A stretch of DNA of 32,000 bases from assembly GCF_014162235.1 (NCBI RefSeq), contig NZ_AP022221.1; one strand, given 5' to 3'. Source of the DNA: Escherichia coli (lineage in GTDB: Bacteria; Pseudomonadota; Gammaproteobacteria; Enterobacterales; Enterobacteriaceae). Both the position numbers and the translations under genes were made by a program. The first letter of the stretch is position 1; each line of letters opens with the position of its first letter. This document shows, in pieces, positions 19,261 to 30,258 of the stretch. The notes under the pieces are model-generated. The model was given only the letters and a program-made list of their open reading frames with translations. It was not told the origin of the DNA and made no database searches.

Positions 19261-19427
19261 GGTCATTCCTTAAGCATTTTGGGATGCGTTCATTTTAATT
19301 TCACCAATTGTTTAAAAAGTGACGGCTGTCAATTTTTTGACGATAAATTACAAATACGATCAAAAACAGACAAGCAAAGCATGTCATAAATGACAAAAAG
19401 TGACATCACTGTATTCAGGAGAGGGTT
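19261..19427. promoter_or_regulatory. Divergent yihV/yihU intergenic regulatory region with AAAAAGTGAC repeats (19314-19323, 19395-19404)
   Basis: Direct motif repeats plus divergent gene arrangement; known location of control for this regulon. Confidence 0.5.
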
Positions 19428-20324
19428 ATGGCAGCAATCGCGTTTATCGGTTTAGGACAAATGGGTTCGCCAATGGCGAGCAATTTATTGCAGCAAGGGC
19501 ATCAACTTCGCGTCTTTGATGTGAACGCCGAAGCTGTGCGGCATCTGGTAGACAAAGGTGCGACTCCCGCCGCCAACCCGGCGCAGGCCGCTAAAGATGC
19601 CGAATTTATCATTACCATGTTGCCGAATGGCGATCTGGTGCGCAGCGTGTTGTTCGGTGAAAACGGCGTTTGCGAAAGCTTATCTACCGATGCGCTGGTC
19701 ATCGATATGTCGACCATCCACCCGCTGCAAACCGATAAATTGATTGCCGATATGCAAGCCAAAGGCTTCAGCATGATGGATGTTCCGGTAGGCCGTACTT
19801 CTGCAAATGCCATTACCGGTACTCTGTTACTGCTGGCTGGCGGCACCGCTGAACAAGTTGAACGCGCCACACCGATCCTGATGGCGATGGGCAGTGAGTT
19901 GATCAACGCGGGCGGTCCGGGCATGGGGATCCGCGTTAAGCTCATCAACAACTACATGAGCATCGCGCTCAATGCGCTTTCGGCAGAAGCCGCTGTTTTG
20001 TGCGAAGCCCTGAATCTTCCCTTCGATGTTGCCGTCAAGGTGATGAGCGGCACCGCCGCCGGTAAAGGCCACTTCACCACTTCCTGGCCAAACAAAGTCC
20101 TCAGCGGGGATCTTTCTCCCGCCTTCATGATCGATCTTGCCCATAAGGATCTTGGTATCGCCCTTGATGTCGCCAACCAGCTGCATGTGCCAATGCCGCT
20201 GGGGGCCGCCTCACGGGAGGTTTATAGCCAGGCGCGCGCAGCGGGTCGCGGTCGCCAGGACTGGTCCGCCATTCTGGAACAGGTCCGTGTCAGTGCCGGG
20301 ATGACTGCCAAAGTAAAAATGTAA
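19428..20324 (+). CDS. yihU: 3-sulfolactaldehyde reductase
   Basis: 298 aa beta-hydroxyacid dehydrogenase family: [31 protein letters not shown]. Confidence 0.96.
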   Translation: MAAIAFIGLGQMGSPMASNLLQQGHQLRVFDVNAEAVRHLVDKGATPAANPAQAAKDAEFIITMLPNGDLVRSVLFGENGVCESLSTDALVIDMSTIHPLQTDKLIADMQAKGFSMMDVPVGRTSANAITGTLLLLAGGTAEQVERATPILMAMGSELINAGGPGMGIRVKLINNYMSIALNALSAEAAVLCEALNLPFDVAVKVMSGTAAGKGHFTTSWPNKVLSGDLSPAFMIDLAHKDLGIALDVANQLHVPMPLGAASREVYSQARAAGRGRQDWSAILEQVRVSAGMTAKVKM

Positions 20325-20347
20325 CGACTGGATAAAGGAATAAATGA

Positions 20348-21226
20348 ATGAATAAGTACACCATCAACGACATTACACGCGCATCGGGCGGTTTTGCCAT
20401 GCTGGCGGTCGATCAACGCGAAGCCATGCGCATGATGTTTGCCGCGGCTGGGGCACCCGCTCCAGTAGCCGATAGCGTTTTAACTGATTTCAAAGTTAAC
20501 GCTGCAAAGGCCCTCTCGCCTTATGCCTCGGCGATTCTGGTGGATCAGCAATTCTGTTACCGCCAGGTGGTTGAGCAAAACGCGATTGCCAAAAGTTGCG
20601 CCATGATTGTCGCCGCCGATGAGTTCATTCCTGGCAACGGTATTCCGGTAGATAGCGTGGTCATTGACCGCAGAATCAATCCGCTACAAATCAAACAAGA
20701 CGGTGGCAAAGCCTTAAAACTGCTGGTGCTGTGGCGTAGTGATGAAGATGCGCAGCAACGTCTGGATATGGTGAAAGAGTTTAACGAACTGTGCCACTCA
20801 CACGGCCTGGTAAGCATTATTGAGCCAGTCGTCCGCCCACCACGTCGTGGCGATAAATTCGATCGCGAACAAGCGATCATCGATGCCGCCAAAGAACTGG
20901 GCGACAGTGGCGCTGACCTCTACAAAGTTGAAATGCCGCTTTATGGCAAAGGTCCGCAACAAGAGCTTCTCAGTGCTTCACAACGTCTGAATGACCATAT
21001 CAATATGCCGTGGGTGATCCTCTCATCCGGTGTCGACGAAAAACTGTTCCCGCGTGCCGTACGCGTGGCAATGACAGCGGGTGCATCGGGCTTCCTGGCT
21101 GGTCGTGCCGTCTGGGCATCGGTTGTCGGTTTACCAGACAACGAGCTGATGCTGCGTGACGTTTGCGCACCTAAATTACAACAACTTGGCGATATCGTCG
21201 ACGAAATGATGGCTAAACGCCGTTAA
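20348..21226 (+). CDS. yihT: 6-deoxy-6-sulfofructose-1-phosphate aldolase
   Basis: 292 aa; recognised sequence and syntenic position. Confidence 0.95.
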   Translation: MNKYTINDITRASGGFAMLAVDQREAMRMMFAAAGAPAPVADSVLTDFKVNAAKALSPYASAILVDQQFCYRQVVEQNAIAKSCAMIVAADEFIPGNGIPVDSVVIDRRINPLQIKQDGGKALKLLVLWRSDEDAQQRLDMVKEFNELCHSHGLVSIIEPVVRPPRRGDKFDREQAIIDAAKELGDSGADLYKVEMPLYGKGPQQELLSASQRLNDHINMPWVILSSGVDEKLFPRAVRVAMTAGASGFLAGRAVWASVVGLPDNELMLRDVCAPKLQQLGDIVDEMMAKRR

Positions 21227-21241
21227 GATGGGGATACAAAA

Positions 21242-22483
21242 ATGAAATGGTTTAACACCTTAAGTCACAACCGTTGGCTGGAACAGGAAACCGACCGCAT
21301 CTTTGATTTTGGTAAAAATTCCGTAGTACCGACCGGATTTGGCTGGTTAGGCAATAAAGGGCAAATCAAAGAAGAGATGGGCACCCATCTGTGGATCACC
21401 GCTCGTATGTTGCACGTTTATTCCGTTGCTGCGGCGATGGGTCGACCTGGCGCTTACTCGTTGGTTGATCACGGTATCAAAGCCATGAACGGCGCACTGC
21501 GCGATAAAAAATATGGCGGTTGGTATGCCTGCGTGAATGACGAGGGCGTGGTGGATGCCTCCAAACAGGGCTATCAACACTTCTTTGCTCTGCTGGGTGC
21601 TGCCAGCGCCGTCACTACCGGTCACCCGGAAGCCCGTAAACTTCTCGATTACGCCATTGAAATTATTGAGAAATACTTCTGGAGCGAAGAAGAGCAGATG
21701 TGCCTGGAGTCCTGGGACGAAGCCTTCAGCAAAACCGAAGAGTACCGCGGCGGCAATGCCAACATGCACGCGGTGGAAGCCTTCCTGATTGTCTATGACG
21801 TCACCCATGACAAAAAATGGCTGGATCGCGCGATTCGCGTGGCTTCCGTGATTATCCACGACGTCGCCAGAAATAATCATTATCGCGTTAACGAGCACTT
21901 CGATACCCAGTGGAATCCGCTGCCGGATTACAACAAAGATAACCCGGCGCACCGCTTCCGCGCATTCGGTGGCACGCCGGGCCACTGGATCGAATGGGGC
22001 CGTTTAATGCTGCACATCCACGCGGCCCTGGAAGCCCGTTGTGAACAGCCGCCTGCCTGGCTGCTAGAAGATGCCAAAGGTCTATTTAACGCCACCGTGC
22101 GCGATGCCTGGGCACCCGATGGCGCGGACGGGATTGTTTATACCGTTGACTGGGAAGGCAAACCGGTGGTTCGCGAACGTGTGCGTTGGCCTATCGTCGA
22201 AGCGATGGGTACGGCTTACGCGCTCTACACCGTCACCGGCGATCGCCAGTATGAAACCTGGTATCAGACATGGTGGGACTACTGCATTAAGTACCTGATG
22301 GACTATGAAAATGGTTCCTGGTGGCAGGAGCTGGATGCGGACAATAAAGTCACCACGAAAGTCTGGGACGGCAAACAGGATATTTATCACCTGCTGCATT
22401 GCCTGGTGATCCCGCGTATCCCGTTAGCCCCTGGTCTGGCACCGGCTGTTGCCGCAGGCCTGCTGGACATTAACGCGAAATAA
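21242..22483 (+). CDS. yihS: Sulfoquinovose isomerase
   Basis: 413 aa AGE/YihS family; recognised. Confidence 0.96.
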   Translation: MKWFNTLSHNRWLEQETDRIFDFGKNSVVPTGFGWLGNKGQIKEEMGTHLWITARMLHVYSVAAAMGRPGAYSLVDHGIKAMNGALRDKKYGGWYACVNDEGVVDASKQGYQHFFALLGAASAVTTGHPEARKLLDYAIEIIEKYFWSEEEQMCLESWDEAFSKTEEYRGGNANMHAVEAFLIVYDVTHDKKWLDRAIRVASVIIHDVARNNHYRVNEHFDTQWNPLPDYNKDNPAHRFRAFGGTPGHWIEWGRLMLHIHAALEARCEQPPAWLLEDAKGLFNATVRDAWAPDGADGIVYTVDWEGKPVVRERVRWPIVEAMGTAYALYTVTGDRQYETWYQTWWDYCIKYLMDYENGSWWQELDADNKVTTKVWDGKQDIYHLLHCLVIPRIPLAPGLAPAVAAGLLDINAK

Positions 22484-22550
22484 CTGAGCTGAAATAACGG
22501 CATATCAGGCTACATGCCGGGTATGTCGTTATTCAATAAAGGTGCCTCGT

Positions 22551-23453
22551 ATGCAAATCACCAACATGCATTGCAGTGGACAAACCGTTTCACTTGCCGC
22601 GGGGGATTATCACGCGACTATCGTGACGGTTGGTGCTGGTCTGGCTGAATTAACCTTTCAGGGTTGTCATTTAGTCATCCCGCACAAACCCGAAGAGATG
22701 CCGCTGGCGCATCTGGGTAAAGTGCTTATTCCGTGGCCGAACCGGATCGCCAACGGCTGTTACCGCTATCAGGGGCAGGACTATCAGTTACCCATTAATG
22801 AACATAGTTCAAAAGCCGCTATTCACGGGCTGCTTGCCTGGCGTGACTGGCAAATTAGCGAATTAACCGCCACCAGCGTTACCCTGACAGCTTTTCTGCC
22901 GCCCAGTTACGGCTATCCGTTTATGCTGGCTTCGCAGGTTGTTTATTCGCTCAACGCTCGCACGGGCCTTTCCGTTGAGATCGCAAGCCAGAATATTGGT
23001 ACTGTGACCGCACCTTATGGTGTGGGTATTCATCCTTATTTAACCTGCAACTTAACATCTGTTGATGACTATCTTTTCCAGCTTCCGGCAGAACAGGTTT
23101 ATGCCGTCGATGAGCACGCAAATCCGACAACGCTTCACCACGTTGATGAGCTGAATTTAAATTTCACGCGGGCGACAAAAATAGCCGCGACAAAAATAGA
23201 CCATACCTTTAAAACCGCTAATGATCTGTGGGAAATAACCATTACCCATCCACAACAGGCGCTTTCGGTGAGCCTCTGTTCCGATCAACCCTGGGTGCAG
23301 GTTTATAGCGGTGAAAAATTACAGCGTCAGGGACTGGCAGTTGAACCTATGAGTTGCCCGCCTAACGCCTTTAATTCAGGTATCGACTTATTATTACTGG
23401 AACCAGGAAAAACGCACCGCCTGTTTTTTAATATTCACGGGCAGCACAATTAA
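22551..23453 (+). CDS. yihR: Aldose-1-epimerase-like sulfoquinovose mutarotase YihR
   Basis: ~300 aa galactose-mutarotase family; ATG at 22551 (GTG at 22542 is an alternative). Confidence 0.9.
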   Translation: MQITNMHCSGQTVSLAAGDYHATIVTVGAGLAELTFQGCHLVIPHKPEEMPLAHLGKVLIPWPNRIANGCYRYQGQDYQLPINEHSSKAAIHGLLAWRDWQISELTATSVTLTAFLPPSYGYPFMLASQVVYSLNARTGLSVEIASQNIGTVTAPYGVGIHPYLTCNLTSVDDYLFQLPAEQVYAVDEHANPTTLHHVDELNLNFTRATKIAATKIDHTFKTANDLWEITITHPQQALSVSLCSDQPWVQVYSGEKLQRQGLAVEPMSCPPNAFNSGIDLLLLEPGKTHRLFFNIHGQHN

Positions 23454-23513
23454 TTTTATTAAGAAAAGAACGAGATCATTGTTTAGGGTTGTATTTACAC
23501 AACAGGAAATATT

Positions 23514-24389
23514 ATGGACTTTTTTACGTTATTTTCGCCGGATGGGGCCATGGTGGAAACAAGCGTGGTATGTATCGTTATCGCGTTAATGTTTCTTTAT
23601 ACCTTTGTGGGGATATGCGCGGGATTTGGCGGTGGTTTAACCACTATGCCGCTCGTCACGTTAATGCTCCCCGTAAAAATGGCAACTCCGCTCTCGGTGA
23701 TTGTCGGCACCGCGACCGCCTTGTACGCCACCTGGCTGTCACGTAAAGAAACGGATTGGCGATCGGCAATGGTACTGATTATTTTCTCGTTTCTGGGAAT
23801 ACCCGTCGGTTTATATGCGCTGTCGTATTTACCCGACCATTTTATGAAAGTGGGCTTAGGCGGATTCCTTATCCTTTACTCGTTTTACAGCATGTTTATT
23901 CCTCGCCTGCCGATTTATGACCGTAACTGGATCGCCGCACCTATCGGCGCAGTAGCTGGCGCATTAGGCGCGGCGTTCTCAACCAACGGACCGCCGATGG
24001 TTATCTACGGTATGCTGCGTAACTTAGGCCCGGCGGCATTTCGTGGCACTCTGAACGCTTTCTTCACCGCAAACAACATCGCGGTGATCGGCGGGCTGGC
24101 GACCAGCGGAATTTTGACTGTTTCTATCTTTAAACTGGTGCTGTTTTGTATTCCCACCATGATCCTCGGTTCACTGGTTGGACAATATGTGCATAAACGC
24201 ATTTCAGTCAAAGTGTTCCGTGTGATGGTCTTTTTGTTGCTGATTGCCTCCGGTTCTATGTTGATAAAAGGCGCACTGGGAATTCCCGCCGCTGCCGCAC
24301 TTCTGCCTCCGTTTACCTTGTTAGTTATACTGCAACTGGCATTTGGTAAAAAAGTGGCGGCAATCCGCCGGGCTGAAGAAAGTAAATAA
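23514..24389 (+). CDS. TauE/SafE-family sulfite/organosulfonate exporter-like permease
   Basis: 291 aa, 7-8 TM segments, FVGICAGFGGGLTTMPLV and GALGAAFSTNGPPMVIYGMLR motifs typical of TauE/SafE. Confidence 0.88.
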   Translation: MDFFTLFSPDGAMVETSVVCIVIALMFLYTFVGICAGFGGGLTTMPLVTLMLPVKMATPLSVIVGTATALYATWLSRKETDWRSAMVLIIFSFLGIPVGLYALSYLPDHFMKVGLGGFLILYSFYSMFIPRLPIYDRNWIAAPIGAVAGALGAAFSTNGPPMVIYGMLRNLGPAAFRGTLNAFFTANNIAVIGGLATSGILTVSIFKLVLFCIPTMILGSLVGQYVHKRISVKVFRVMVFLLLIASGSMLIKGALGIPAAAALLPPFTLLVILQLAFGKKVAAIRRAEESK

Positions 24390-24496
24390 TCACTTATGCG
24401 GGTTTTAATTTATACCCGCACACATTCTTTAATTAATGAAACCTGTAACAACAGGATGGCATGAAATATTAGCTTTATACTCTATGGAGATTATTT

Positions 24497-26533
24497 ATGG
24501 ATACGCCACGCCCACAATTACCAGATTTTCAGTTTCATCAGAATAACGACAGTTTTACCCTACATTTTCAACAGCGTCTTATTTTAACCCATAGCAAAGA
24601 TAATCCTTGTTTATGGATTGGTTCAGGTATTGCGGATATCGATATGTTCCGCGGCAATTTCAGCATTAAAGATAAACTACAGGAGAAAATTGCGCTTACC
24701 GACGCCATCGTCAGCCAGTCACCGGATGGTTGGTTAATCCATTTCAGCCGTGGTTCTGACATTAGCGCCACGCTGCGTATCTCTGCTGACGATCAGGGCC
24801 GTTTATTGCTGGAACTACAAAACGACAACCTTAACCACAACCGCATCTGGCTGCGCCTTGCCGCTCAACCAGAGGACCATATCTACGGCTGCGGCGAACA
24901 GTTTTCCTACTTCGATCTGCGCGGCAAACCGTTCCCGCTATGGACCAGTGAACAAGGCGTTGGTCGCAACAAACAAACCTATGTCACCTGGCAGGCCGAC
25001 TGCAAAGAAAATGCGGGCGGCGACTATTACTGGACTTTCTTCCCACAGCCTACGTTTGTCAGCACGCAGAAGTATTACTGCCATGTTGATAACAGTTGCT
25101 ACATGAACTTCGACTTTAGCGCCCCGGAATACCATGAACTGGCGCTGTGGGAAGACAAAGCTACGCTACGTTTTGAATGTGCTGACACATACATCTCCCT
25201 GCTGGAAAAATTAACTGCCCTGCTGGGACGCCAGCCAGAACTGCCCGACTGGATTTATGACGGGGTAACGCTCGGCATTCAGGGTGGGACGGAAGTGTGT
25301 CAGAAGAAACTGGACACCATGCGTAACGCGGGTGTGAAGGTTAACGGTATCTGGGCGCAGGACTGGTCCGGGATCCGTATGACCTCTTTTGGCAAACGCG
25401 TAATGTGGAACTGGAAGTGGAACAGCGAAAACTATCCGCAACTGGACTCACGTATTAAGCAGTGGAACAAAGAGGGCGTTCAGTTCCTGGCCTATATCAA
25501 CCCATATGTCGCCAGCGATAAAGATCTCTGCGAAGAAGCGGCACAACACGGCTATCTGGCAAAAGATGCCTCTGGCGGTGACTATCTGGTGGAGTTTGGC
25601 GAGTTTTACGGCGGCGTTGTCGATCTCACTAATCCGGAAGCCTACGCCTGGTTCAAGGAAGTGATCAAAAAGAACATGATTGAACTCGGCTGCGGCGGCT
25701 GGATGGCTGACTTCGGCGAGTATCTGCCCACCGACACTTACCTGCATAACGGCGTCAGCGCGGAAATTATGCATAACGCCTGGCCCGCACTGTGGGCGAA
25801 ATGTAACTACGAAGCCCTTGAAGAAACGGGCAAGCTTGGCGAGATCCTTTTCTTTATGCGCGCCGGTTCTACCGATAGCCAGAAATACTCCACTATGATG
25901 TGGGCGGGCGACCAGAACGTCGACTGGAGTCTCGACGATGGCCTGGCGTCGGTCGTCCCGGCAGCGCTGTCGCTGGCAATGACCGGACATGGTTTGCATC
26001 ACAGTGACATTGGCGGTTATACCACCCTGTTTGAGATGAAGCGTAGCAAAGAGCTGCTGCTGCGCTGGTGTGATTTCAGCGCCTTCACGCCGATGATGCG
26101 CACCCACGAAGGCAACCGCCCGGGCGACAACTGGCAGTTTGACGGCGACGCGGAAACTATTGCCCATTTTGCCCGTATGACCACCGTCTTCACCACCCTG
26201 AAACCTTACCTGAAAGAGGCCGTCGCGCTGAATGCGAAGTCCGGCCTGCCGGTTATGCGCCCGCTGTTCCTGCATTACGAAGACGATGCGCAGACCTACA
26301 CCCTGAAATATCAGTACCTGTTAGGCCGCGACATTCTGGTCGCTCCGGTGCATGAACAAGGCCGTAGCGACTGGACGCTCTATCTTCCGGAGGATAACTG
26401 GGTCCACGCCTGGACAGGTGAAGCGTTCCGGGGCGGGGAAGTGACCGTTAATGCGCCCATCGGTAAACCGCCGGTCTTTTATCGCGCCGATAGCGAATGG
26501 GCGGCACTGTTCGCGTCGTTAAAAAGCATCTAA
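24497..26533 (+). CDS. yihQ: Sulfoquinovosidase (GH31)
   Basis: 678 aa; GH31 catalytic region GGWMADFGEYLPTD. Confidence 0.97.
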   Translation: MDTPRPQLPDFQFHQNNDSFTLHFQQRLILTHSKDNPCLWIGSGIADIDMFRGNFSIKDKLQEKIALTDAIVSQSPDGWLIHFSRGSDISATLRISADDQGRLLLELQNDNLNHNRIWLRLAAQPEDHIYGCGEQFSYFDLRGKPFPLWTSEQGVGRNKQTYVTWQADCKENAGGDYYWTFFPQPTFVSTQKYYCHVDNSCYMNFDFSAPEYHELALWEDKATLRFECADTYISLLEKLTALLGRQPELPDWIYDGVTLGIQGGTEVCQKKLDTMRNAGVKVNGIWAQDWSGIRMTSFGKRVMWNWKWNSENYPQLDSRIKQWNKEGVQFLAYINPYVASDKDLCEEAAQHGYLAKDASGGDYLVEFGEFYGGVVDLTNPEAYAWFKEVIKKNMIELGCGGWMADFGEYLPTDTYLHNGVSAEIMHNAWPALWAKCNYEALEETGKLGEILFFMRAGSTDSQKYSTMMWAGDQNVDWSLDDGLASVVPAALSLAMTGHGLHHSDIGGYTTLFEMKRSKELLLRWCDFSAFTPMMRTHEGNRPGDNWQFDGDAETIAHFARMTTVFTTLKPYLKEAVALNAKSGLPVMRPLFLHYEDDAQTYTLKYQYLLGRDILVAPVHEQGRSDWTLYLPEDNWVHAWTGEAFRGGEVTVNAPIGKPPVFYRADSEWAALFASLKSI

Positions 26534-26578
26534 TCACGTCCGCCCGTGGGGAAACTCACGGGCAAAGGGAGAACAACG

Positions 26579-27964
26579 ATGAGTCACATCACAACGGAAG
26601 ATCCGGCTACTTTACGTCTGCCCTTTAAAGAGAAACTCTCTTACGGTATCGGCGATCTGGCCTCTAACATCCTGCTGGATATCGGCACGCTTTATCTTTT
26701 GAAGTTTTATACCGACGTTCTGGGGCTGCCCGGCACCTATGGCGGCATTATCTTTTTGATCTCGAAATTCTTTACCGCCTTTACCGATATGGGTACCGGC
26801 ATCATGCTCGATTCCCGGCGCAAGATCGGTCCAAAAGGCAAATTCCGCCCTTTTATTCTGTATGCATCATTCCCGGTCACTCTGCTGGCGATCGCCAACT
26901 TTGTCGGCACACCGTTTGATGTCACCGGTAAAACGGTGATGGCCACTATTCTGTTTATGCTCTACGGGCTGTTTTTCAGCATGATGAACTGCTCCTACGG
27001 CGCAATGGTCCCCGCTATTACCAAAAACCCCAACGAACGCGCATCGCTGGCAGCATGGCGTCAGGGTGGCGCTACATTGGGCTTACTGCTGTGTACGGTG
27101 GGATTCGTGCCGGTTATGAATCTTATCGAAGGTAATCAGCAAATTGGCTATATCTTCGCTGCCACGCTGTTTTCACTGTTCGGCCTGCTGTTTATGTGGA
27201 TCTGCTACTCGGGCGTGAAAGAGCGTTATGTCGAAACCCAACCTACCAATCCGGCGCAAAAGCCAGGCCTGTTGCAATCTTTCCGCGCAATTGCCGGTAA
27301 CCGCCCGCTGTTCATTCTGTGCATTGCCAACCTCTGCACTTTAGGGGCGTTTAACGTCAAGCTCGCCATCCAGGTCTATTACACCCAGTACGTACTTAAC
27401 GATCCCATCCTGTTGTCGTATATGGGATTTTTCAGCATGGGCTGTATTTTCATCGGCGTGTTCCTGATGCCTGGCGCAGTCAGACGTTTTGGTAAGAAGA
27501 AGGTCTATATCGGCGGCCTGCTGATTTGGGTGCTGGGCGATCTGCTCAACTATTTCTTCGGCGGCGGCTCGGTCAGCTTTGTGGCGTTCTCCTGCCTGGC
27601 ATTCTTCGGCTCGGCGTTTGTTAACAGCCTGAACTGGGCGCTGGTTTCCGACACCGTCGAGTACGGCGAGTGGCGCACCGGTGTGCGTTCGGAAGGTACG
27701 GTCTACACCGGCTTCACCTTCTTTCGCAAAGTATCTCAGGCGCTGGCAGGTTTCTTCCCAGGCTGGATGCTGACGCAAATCGGCTATGTGCCAAACGTCG
27801 CCCAGGCTGACCATACCATCGAAGGTTTACGCCAGCTGATCTTCATCTACCCAAGCGCACTGGCGGTAGTCACCATTGTTGCGATGGGTTGTTTCTACAG
27901 TCTGAACGAGAAAATGTACGTCCGCATTGTTGAAGAAATAGAAGCCCGTAAACGCACGGAATAA
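26579..27964 (+). CDS. yihP: GPH-family sugar/sulfonate symporter YihP
   Basis: 461 aa, start MSHITTEDPATLRLP; 12-TM GPH family. Confidence 0.95.
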   Translation: MSHITTEDPATLRLPFKEKLSYGIGDLASNILLDIGTLYLLKFYTDVLGLPGTYGGIIFLISKFFTAFTDMGTGIMLDSRRKIGPKGKFRPFILYASFPVTLLAIANFVGTPFDVTGKTVMATILFMLYGLFFSMMNCSYGAMVPAITKNPNERASLAAWRQGGATLGLLLCTVGFVPVMNLIEGNQQIGYIFAATLFSLFGLLFMWICYSGVKERYVETQPTNPAQKPGLLQSFRAIAGNRPLFILCIANLCTLGAFNVKLAIQVYYTQYVLNDPILLSYMGFFSMGCIFIGVFLMPGAVRRFGKKKVYIGGLLIWVLGDLLNYFFGGGSVSFVAFSCLAFFGSAFVNSLNWALVSDTVEYGEWRTGVRSEGTVYTGFTFFRKVSQALAGFFPGWMLTQIGYVPNVAQADHTIEGLRQLIFIYPSALAVVTIVAMGCFYSLNEKMYVRIVEEIEARKRTE

Positions 27965-28004
27965 ATAATAAACAACGCCCTGCGGGGCGTTATAAGGAGT
28001 GATT

Positions 28005-29408
28005 ATGTCTGACCATAATCCACTGACATTAAAACTGAATCTGCGGGAAAAAATCGCCTATGGCATGGGCGACGTCGGTTCGAATTTAATGCTTAGCATC
28101 GGCACTCTGTATCTCCTCAAATTTTATACCGATGAATTAGGGATGCCTGCTTACTATGGCGGGATTATCTTTCTGGTAGCGAAGTTTTTTACCGCGTTTA
28201 CCGATATGCTCACCGGATTTTTACTCGACTCGCGGAAAAATATTGGGCCTAAAGGCAAATTTCGTCCCTTTATTTTATATGCAGCGGTTCCGGCGGCGTT
28301 AATTGCAACGCTCCAGTTTATCGCCACCACCTTTAGTTTGCCGGTTAAAACGACGATTGCCACAGCACTGTTTATGATGTTTGGACTTTCATACAGTCTG
28401 ATGAACTGCTCGTATGGTGCGATGATCCCGGCAATTACCAAAAACCCCAATGAGCGCGCGCAGCTCGCAGCTTACCGCCAGGGTGGTGCAACCATAGGGC
28501 TATTGATTTGTACCGTGGCGTTTATTCCGTTGCAGTCGCTTTTTTCTGACTCCACCGTCGGTTATGCCTGCGCGGCACTGATGTTCTCCATTGGTGGCTT
28601 TATTTTTATGATGCTGTGCTACAGAGGCGTCAAAGAGCATTATGTGGACACGACGCCAAGCGGACATAAAGCCAGTATTCTCAAATCTTTTTGCGCGATA
28701 TTTCGTAATCCGCCATTACTGGTTTTGTGCATTGCTAACCTGTGTACCCTGGCGGCATTTAATATCAAACTGGCGATTCAGGTCTATTACACCCAGTATG
28801 TGCTGAATGATATTAATTTATTGTCGTGGATGGGATTTTTCAGTATGGGATGTATCCTCGTCGGCGTATTACTGGTGCCATTAACTGTAAAATGTTTTGG
28901 TAAAAAACAGGTTTATTTAGCTGGCATGGTGCTATGGGCGGTTGGTGATATCCTGAATTATTTCTGGGGAAGTAACTCTTTCACTTTCGTCATGTTCTCT
29001 TGTGTCGCCTTTTTTGGCACGGCCTTTGTAAACAGCCTGAACTGGGCACTGGTGCCAGATACCGTAGATTACGGTGAATGGAAAACCGGTATTCGTGCCG
29101 AAGGTTCTGTTTATACCGGTTATACCTTCTTTCGTAAAATTTCTGCCGCACTTGCTGGCTTCTTGCCAGGCATTATGCTGACGCAAATCGGTTATGTTCC
29201 CAACATCGCGCAAAGTGATGCGACATTACAGGGTTTGCGTCAGCTCATTTTTATCTGGCCTTGTGCGCTGGCAATTATTGCTGCATTAACGATGGGATTC
29301 TTTTACACACTCAATGAAAAACGGTTTGCATTGATTATTGAGGAAATCAACCAACGCAAAAATAAAGAGATGGCGACAGAAGAAAAAACAGCTTCCGTAA
29401 CGTTATAA
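28005..29408 (+). CDS. yihO: Putative sulfoquinovose importer YihO (GPH family)
   Basis: 467 aa, start MSDHNPLTLKLN; paralogous to YihP. Confidence 0.95.
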   Translation: MSDHNPLTLKLNLREKIAYGMGDVGSNLMLSIGTLYLLKFYTDELGMPAYYGGIIFLVAKFFTAFTDMLTGFLLDSRKNIGPKGKFRPFILYAAVPAALIATLQFIATTFSLPVKTTIATALFMMFGLSYSLMNCSYGAMIPAITKNPNERAQLAAYRQGGATIGLLICTVAFIPLQSLFSDSTVGYACAALMFSIGGFIFMMLCYRGVKEHYVDTTPSGHKASILKSFCAIFRNPPLLVLCIANLCTLAAFNIKLAIQVYYTQYVLNDINLLSWMGFFSMGCILVGVLLVPLTVKCFGKKQVYLAGMVLWAVGDILNYFWGSNSFTFVMFSCVAFFGTAFVNSLNWALVPDTVDYGEWKTGIRAEGSVYTGYTFFRKISAALAGFLPGIMLTQIGYVPNIAQSDATLQGLRQLIFIWPCALAIIAALTMGFFYTLNEKRFALIIEEINQRKNKEMATEEKTASVTL

Positions 29409-29474
29409 ATGTCAATAGCCGCTATTTCCATCCTGGTGGGTGGCGGCCTCCCTACGTTTAAAAATGGACTTATT

Positions 29475-30167
29475 ATGAAAAAGATTAATGCAATAATTCT
29501 ATTATCCTCTCTGACCTCTGCCTCGGTATTTGCTGGCGCATACGTCGAAAACAGGGAGGCATATAATCTCGCCTCCGATCAGGGCGAAGTTATGCTACGC
29601 GTGGGTTATAACTTCGATATGGGCGCGGGTATTATGTTAACCAATACCTACACCTTTCAGCGAGAAGATGAACTCAAACATGGCTATAATGAAATTGAAG
29701 GTTGGTATCCTTTATTTAAACCAACCGATAAATTAACCATCCAGCCCGGTGGCTTAATTAATGACAAGAGTATCGGTTCGGGTGGTGCCGTTTATCTGGA
29801 TGTTAACTACAAATTTACTCCGTGGTTTAACCTGACGGTGCGTAATCGCTATAACCATAATAATTACAGCTCTACAGATTTGAACGGCGAATTGGATAAT
29901 AACGACACCTATGAAGTTGGCACCTACTGGAATTTTAAAATCACCGAGAAATTCTCCTATACATTTGAACCACATTACTTCATGCGAGTAAATGACTTTA
30001 ATAGCAGCAATGGAAAAGATCATCACTGGGAAATCACTAACACCTTCCGTTATCGCATTAATGAACACTGGCTCCCTTATTTCGAATTACGCTGGTTAGA
30101 TCGTAATGTCGAACCGTACCACCGCGAGCAAAACCAGATTCGTATCGGGACGAAGTATTTCTTCTGA
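29475..30167 (+). CDS. ompL: Outer membrane porin OmpL (KdgM family)
   Basis: 230 aa with signal peptide MKKINAIILLSSLTSASVFA; terminal Phe. Confidence 0.96.
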   Translation: MKKINAIILLSSLTSASVFAGAYVENREAYNLASDQGEVMLRVGYNFDMGAGIMLTNTYTFQREDELKHGYNEIEGWYPLFKPTDKLTIQPGGLINDKSIGSGGAVYLDVNYKFTPWFNLTVRNRYNHNNYSSTDLNGELDNNDTYEVGTYWNFKITEKFSYTFEPHYFMRVNDFNSSNGKDHHWEITNTFRYRINEHWLPYFELRWLDRNVEPYHREQNQIRIGTKYFF

Positions 30168-30176
30168 TGTAAAACT

Positions 30177-30253
30177 GCCGGATGCGGCGAAAACGCCTTA
30201 TCCGGCCTACGGTTGATACGGTTTCCGTTGGCCGGATTAAGCCACATCCGGCC
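30177..30253. repeat. REP/BIME elements between convergent ompL and yihN
   Basis: GCCGGATGCGGCGAAAACGCCTTATCCGGC and GGCCGGATTAAGCCACATCCGGCC. Confidence 0.85.
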
Positions 30254-30258
30254 ATTAA

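Noticed and set aside
23489-23746. 85-aa + ORF overlapping the start of the TauE/SafE gene in another frame
   Set aside because: Overlaps a strongly supported membrane protein gene in a different frame; no family resemblance.
25448-26275. 275-aa antisense ORF opposite yihQ
   Set aside because: Shadow frame of a well-supported GH31 gene.
26579-29408. yihP/yihO similarity considered as a recent tandem duplication
   Set aside because: They are clearly paralogous but substantially divergent, and this is the known arrangement of the locus; not a novel feature.
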